In this document: positions 62,417-64,000 of the stretch, in pieces
Layout: each line of letters opens with the position of its first letter
How positions within the stretch are numbered: position 1 is the stretch's first letter
IMG/VR virus record: IMGVR_UViG_3300020188_000808
Location: 203,784-267,783 of that record
DNA: 64,000 nt
Strand: one strand, 5' to 3'
Translations under genes and position numbers: made by a program
Notes under the pieces: generated by a model
The model's database searches: none
What the model saw: only the letters and a program-made list of their open reading frames with translations
Told to the model about the DNA's origin: nothing

Positions 62417-63089
62417 TTAGTTTGTTCCATTGTTCTAATTCTTCTGGTGTGTTAATTTCCATTCCGCTAAACTCACAAGGAAGTACACCAATATTCCATC
62501 CGTTCTTTAACCAACGAAGCTGTTCTAAACTTTCGTGGCGTTCTTCTTTTGTAACAATTAAGTTATCGTATTGTTCTAATGCTTTACGTTTGTAACCGTA
62601 AATACCTAAATGCCAATCACCGTAGCCAGTCATGCCTCTCCCAAACCATAAACACTTACCTGCACCTCTAACTAGTTTAACTGTGTGAGGGTCGTTCTGT
62701 TTTTCTTCTGGCATCATTGCACACATTGTGGACACATCATAGTCTTTTAAGTTACTTAATGTTCCTTCAATCATATCTAGTGTAACATCGGGCATGTCGC
62801 CTTGTACGTTAATAAATGTATCGTACTTGCTAAAAAACTCGTGCTTAACTGCACCTGCACACCGTTCTGTGCCGTTTGCATAATCCTTTTGTTCAATAAA
62901 ACATGTGTCAGCATTGAACTGATTGTACACTTGCATACTGTCAGTTAGTACATATGTTGGTATCTTAGACGCAATACAAGCGTCATACACACGTCTAATC
63001 ATAGTCTTAGCACCCAACATAGCTAGTGGTTTGCCCGGTAAGCGTGTACTAGCAAATCTAGCCGGTATAAGAATAGCTGTGGATTTCAT
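62394..63089 (-). CDS. kdsB: CMP-KDO synthetase (3-deoxy-manno-octulosonate cytidylyltransferase)
   Basis: IPARFASTRLPGKPL, GTER, NVQGD.P, HLGIYGY, LEQLRWL. Confidence 0.93.
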   Translation of the reverse strand: MKSTAILIPARFASTRLPGKPLAMLGAKTMIRRVYDACIASKIPTYVLTDSMQVYNQFNADTCFIEQKDYANGTERCAGAVKHEFFSKYDTFINVQGDMPDVTLDMIEGTLSNLKDYDVSTMCAMMPEEKQNDPHTVKLVRGAGKCLWFGRGMTGYGDWHLGIYGYKRKALEQYDNLIVTKEERHESLEQLRWLKNGWNIGVLPCEFSGMEINTPEELEQWNKLNGNTRRR

Positions 63090-63831
63090 CTACTACCCTT
63101 TCAAAATCATTTAGTTTTAACATATTAGGCCCATCGCTAGGTGCATTGTCTGGGTCGTCGTGTACTTCTAAGAAAAAGTTTGTTACACCTAGAGCGGAAG
63201 CGGCACGAGACAAGCCAGGCACATACCCGCGATTGCCGCCACTACTATCGCCGTTACCCCCTGGCTTTTGTACCGAGTGAGTAACATCATAAACGATAGG
63301 AACGCTATAATTATCAAGCATATACTGAATGCCGGTGAAGTCAGTAACCAAAGTATTGTATCCAAAACTAGTACCCCTTTCTGTGATCCATACTTCTTTA
63401 GCACCTTCTGTTTTGCTTAATATGCCGTTGACGTCCCAAGGTGCAAGGAACTGTCCTTTTTTAATATTAACAATTTTGTCTGTTTCACATACCGCTTGTA
63501 TCAAATCAGTTTGCCTACAAAGGAATGCAGGTATTTGTAATACATCTACTGCATCATTAAAATATTCTGTAATCTTTTCAATTTGATCAATGTCATGTAC
63601 GTCAGTAAGTGTCAAACAATCTACATTATCTTTAATAATATTAAAATCATTTAGAGTATTAACAAGTCCAACACCACGCTTACCTTGCATACTACTTCTA
63701 TTGGCTTTATCAAAACTTGCTTTGAATATATATTCTATATCATACTTTCTACATACATCTGCACAATGTTGTGCAATCATTAAACTATGTTCTAACGATT
63801 CGTGTTGGCATGGTCCTGCAATAATTCTCAT
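63058..63831 (-). CDS. kdsA: KDO 8-phosphate synthase (metal-dependent type)
   Basis: AGPC, FKASFDKANRSS, QIPAFLCRQTDL, NIKKGQF, ERG, DVTHSVQ, SDG. Confidence 0.95.
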   Translation of the reverse strand: MRIIAGPCQHESLEHSLMIAQHCADVCRKYDIEYIFKASFDKANRSSMQGKRGVGLVNTLNDFNIIKDNVDCLTLTDVHDIDQIEKITEYFNDAVDVLQIPAFLCRQTDLIQAVCETDKIVNIKKGQFLAPWDVNGILSKTEGAKEVWITERGTSFGYNTLVTDFTGIQYMLDNYSVPIVYDVTHSVQKPGGNGDSSGGNRGYVPGLSRAASALGVTNFFLEVHDDPDNAPSDGPNMLKLNDFERVVDEIHSYSYTG

Positions 63832-63995
63832 GATCTCTCCGTTAGTATCAAACTACCTTGATCCCCTATTTCAATCTTAAGTTTAGTACCTTCAGTCCAC
63901 CCCTTCTCGTCAAGTATCTCTTGAGGAATAGTTAGGATTGTTTCCCCTGTTTTGGGATCATCGTGGAACAAGTCTTCGTATTTGTAAGTTTTCAT
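63828..63995 (-). CDS. 55-aa AbrB/MazE/SpoVT-like DNA-binding protein (not in the ORF track)
   Basis: MKTYKYEDLFHDDPKTGETILTIPQEILDEKGWTEGTKLKIEIGDQGSLILTERS; ATGA overlap with kdsA. Confidence 0.65.
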   Translation of the reverse strand: MKTYKYEDLFHDDPKTGETILTIPQEILDEKGWTEGTKLKIEIGDQGSLILTERS

Positions 63996-64000
63996 TTTGT

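Noticed and set aside
62394-63831. Host chromosomal DNA or a prophage junction at kdsA/kdsB
   Set aside because: Same dense overlapping gene packing and phage-type neighbours; no integrase or att-like boundary seen.
477-63880. Many 60-220 aa antisense or alternative-frame ORFs in the track (e.g. 11803-12201, 41749-42243, 54292-54957)
   Set aside because: They lie within long genes with clear motifs and read as codon-bias shadows, with no SD or promoter support.
63828-63995. AbrB/MazE-like gene as half of a toxin-antitoxin pair
   Set aside because: The downstream gene is kdsA and the upstream gene is outside the window, so no toxin can be shown.
1-64000. Alternative genetic code (stop-codon reassignment)
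   Set aside because: Conserved genes are full length under the standard code, and TAA, TAG and TGA all end genes at expected positions.

Overview
The window is a 64 kb segment of a large, AT-rich lytic tailed phage genome, most likely a jumbo-type myovirus of the wider T4-like superfamily. Support for this: family B DNA polymerase, RFC/gp44-type clamp loader, ATP-dependent ligase, baseplate and fibre genes with gp9/gp10-type N-termini, and (G)ATAAATA late promoters alongside consensus sigma70 promoters. The host is inferred to be a Gram-negative aquatic, probably marine, bacterium (spanins, KdsA/KdsB, FdxA-type ferredoxin, many 2OG-Fe(II) oxygenases). Almost all genes lie on the minus strand. 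Left to right: polB (runs off the left edge); a cluster of modular putative capsid-internal polyproteins; a dnaJ-def-clpA operon; a lysis region carrying an inserted cassette; phoH, thyX, parvulin, ferredoxin, clamp loader, tagD-like, mazG, groES-like and a DnaE fragment; a baseplate/fibre block with two subtilases; iscA, uvsE, sugar genes and queD; an accessory fibre; ligase; tRNA-Arg(GCG); kdsB and kdsA. The most notable observations: (1) protease-site-delimited cargo polyproteins; (2) systematically positioned leaderless start codons at both promoter classes; (3) tandem operator-like hairpins ahead of polB; (4) a structured, uORF-containing queD leader; (5) a possible CMP-KDO glycosylation system (kdsA/kdsB plus a CstII/Maf-like transferase back-to-back with a Thr-rich fibre); (6) a promoter-repeat-flanked cassette encoding an S74-chaperoned coiled-coil/beta protein; (7) a dead esterase domain inside a baseplate protein. 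All functional calls come from motif recognition by eye; no database searches were run.
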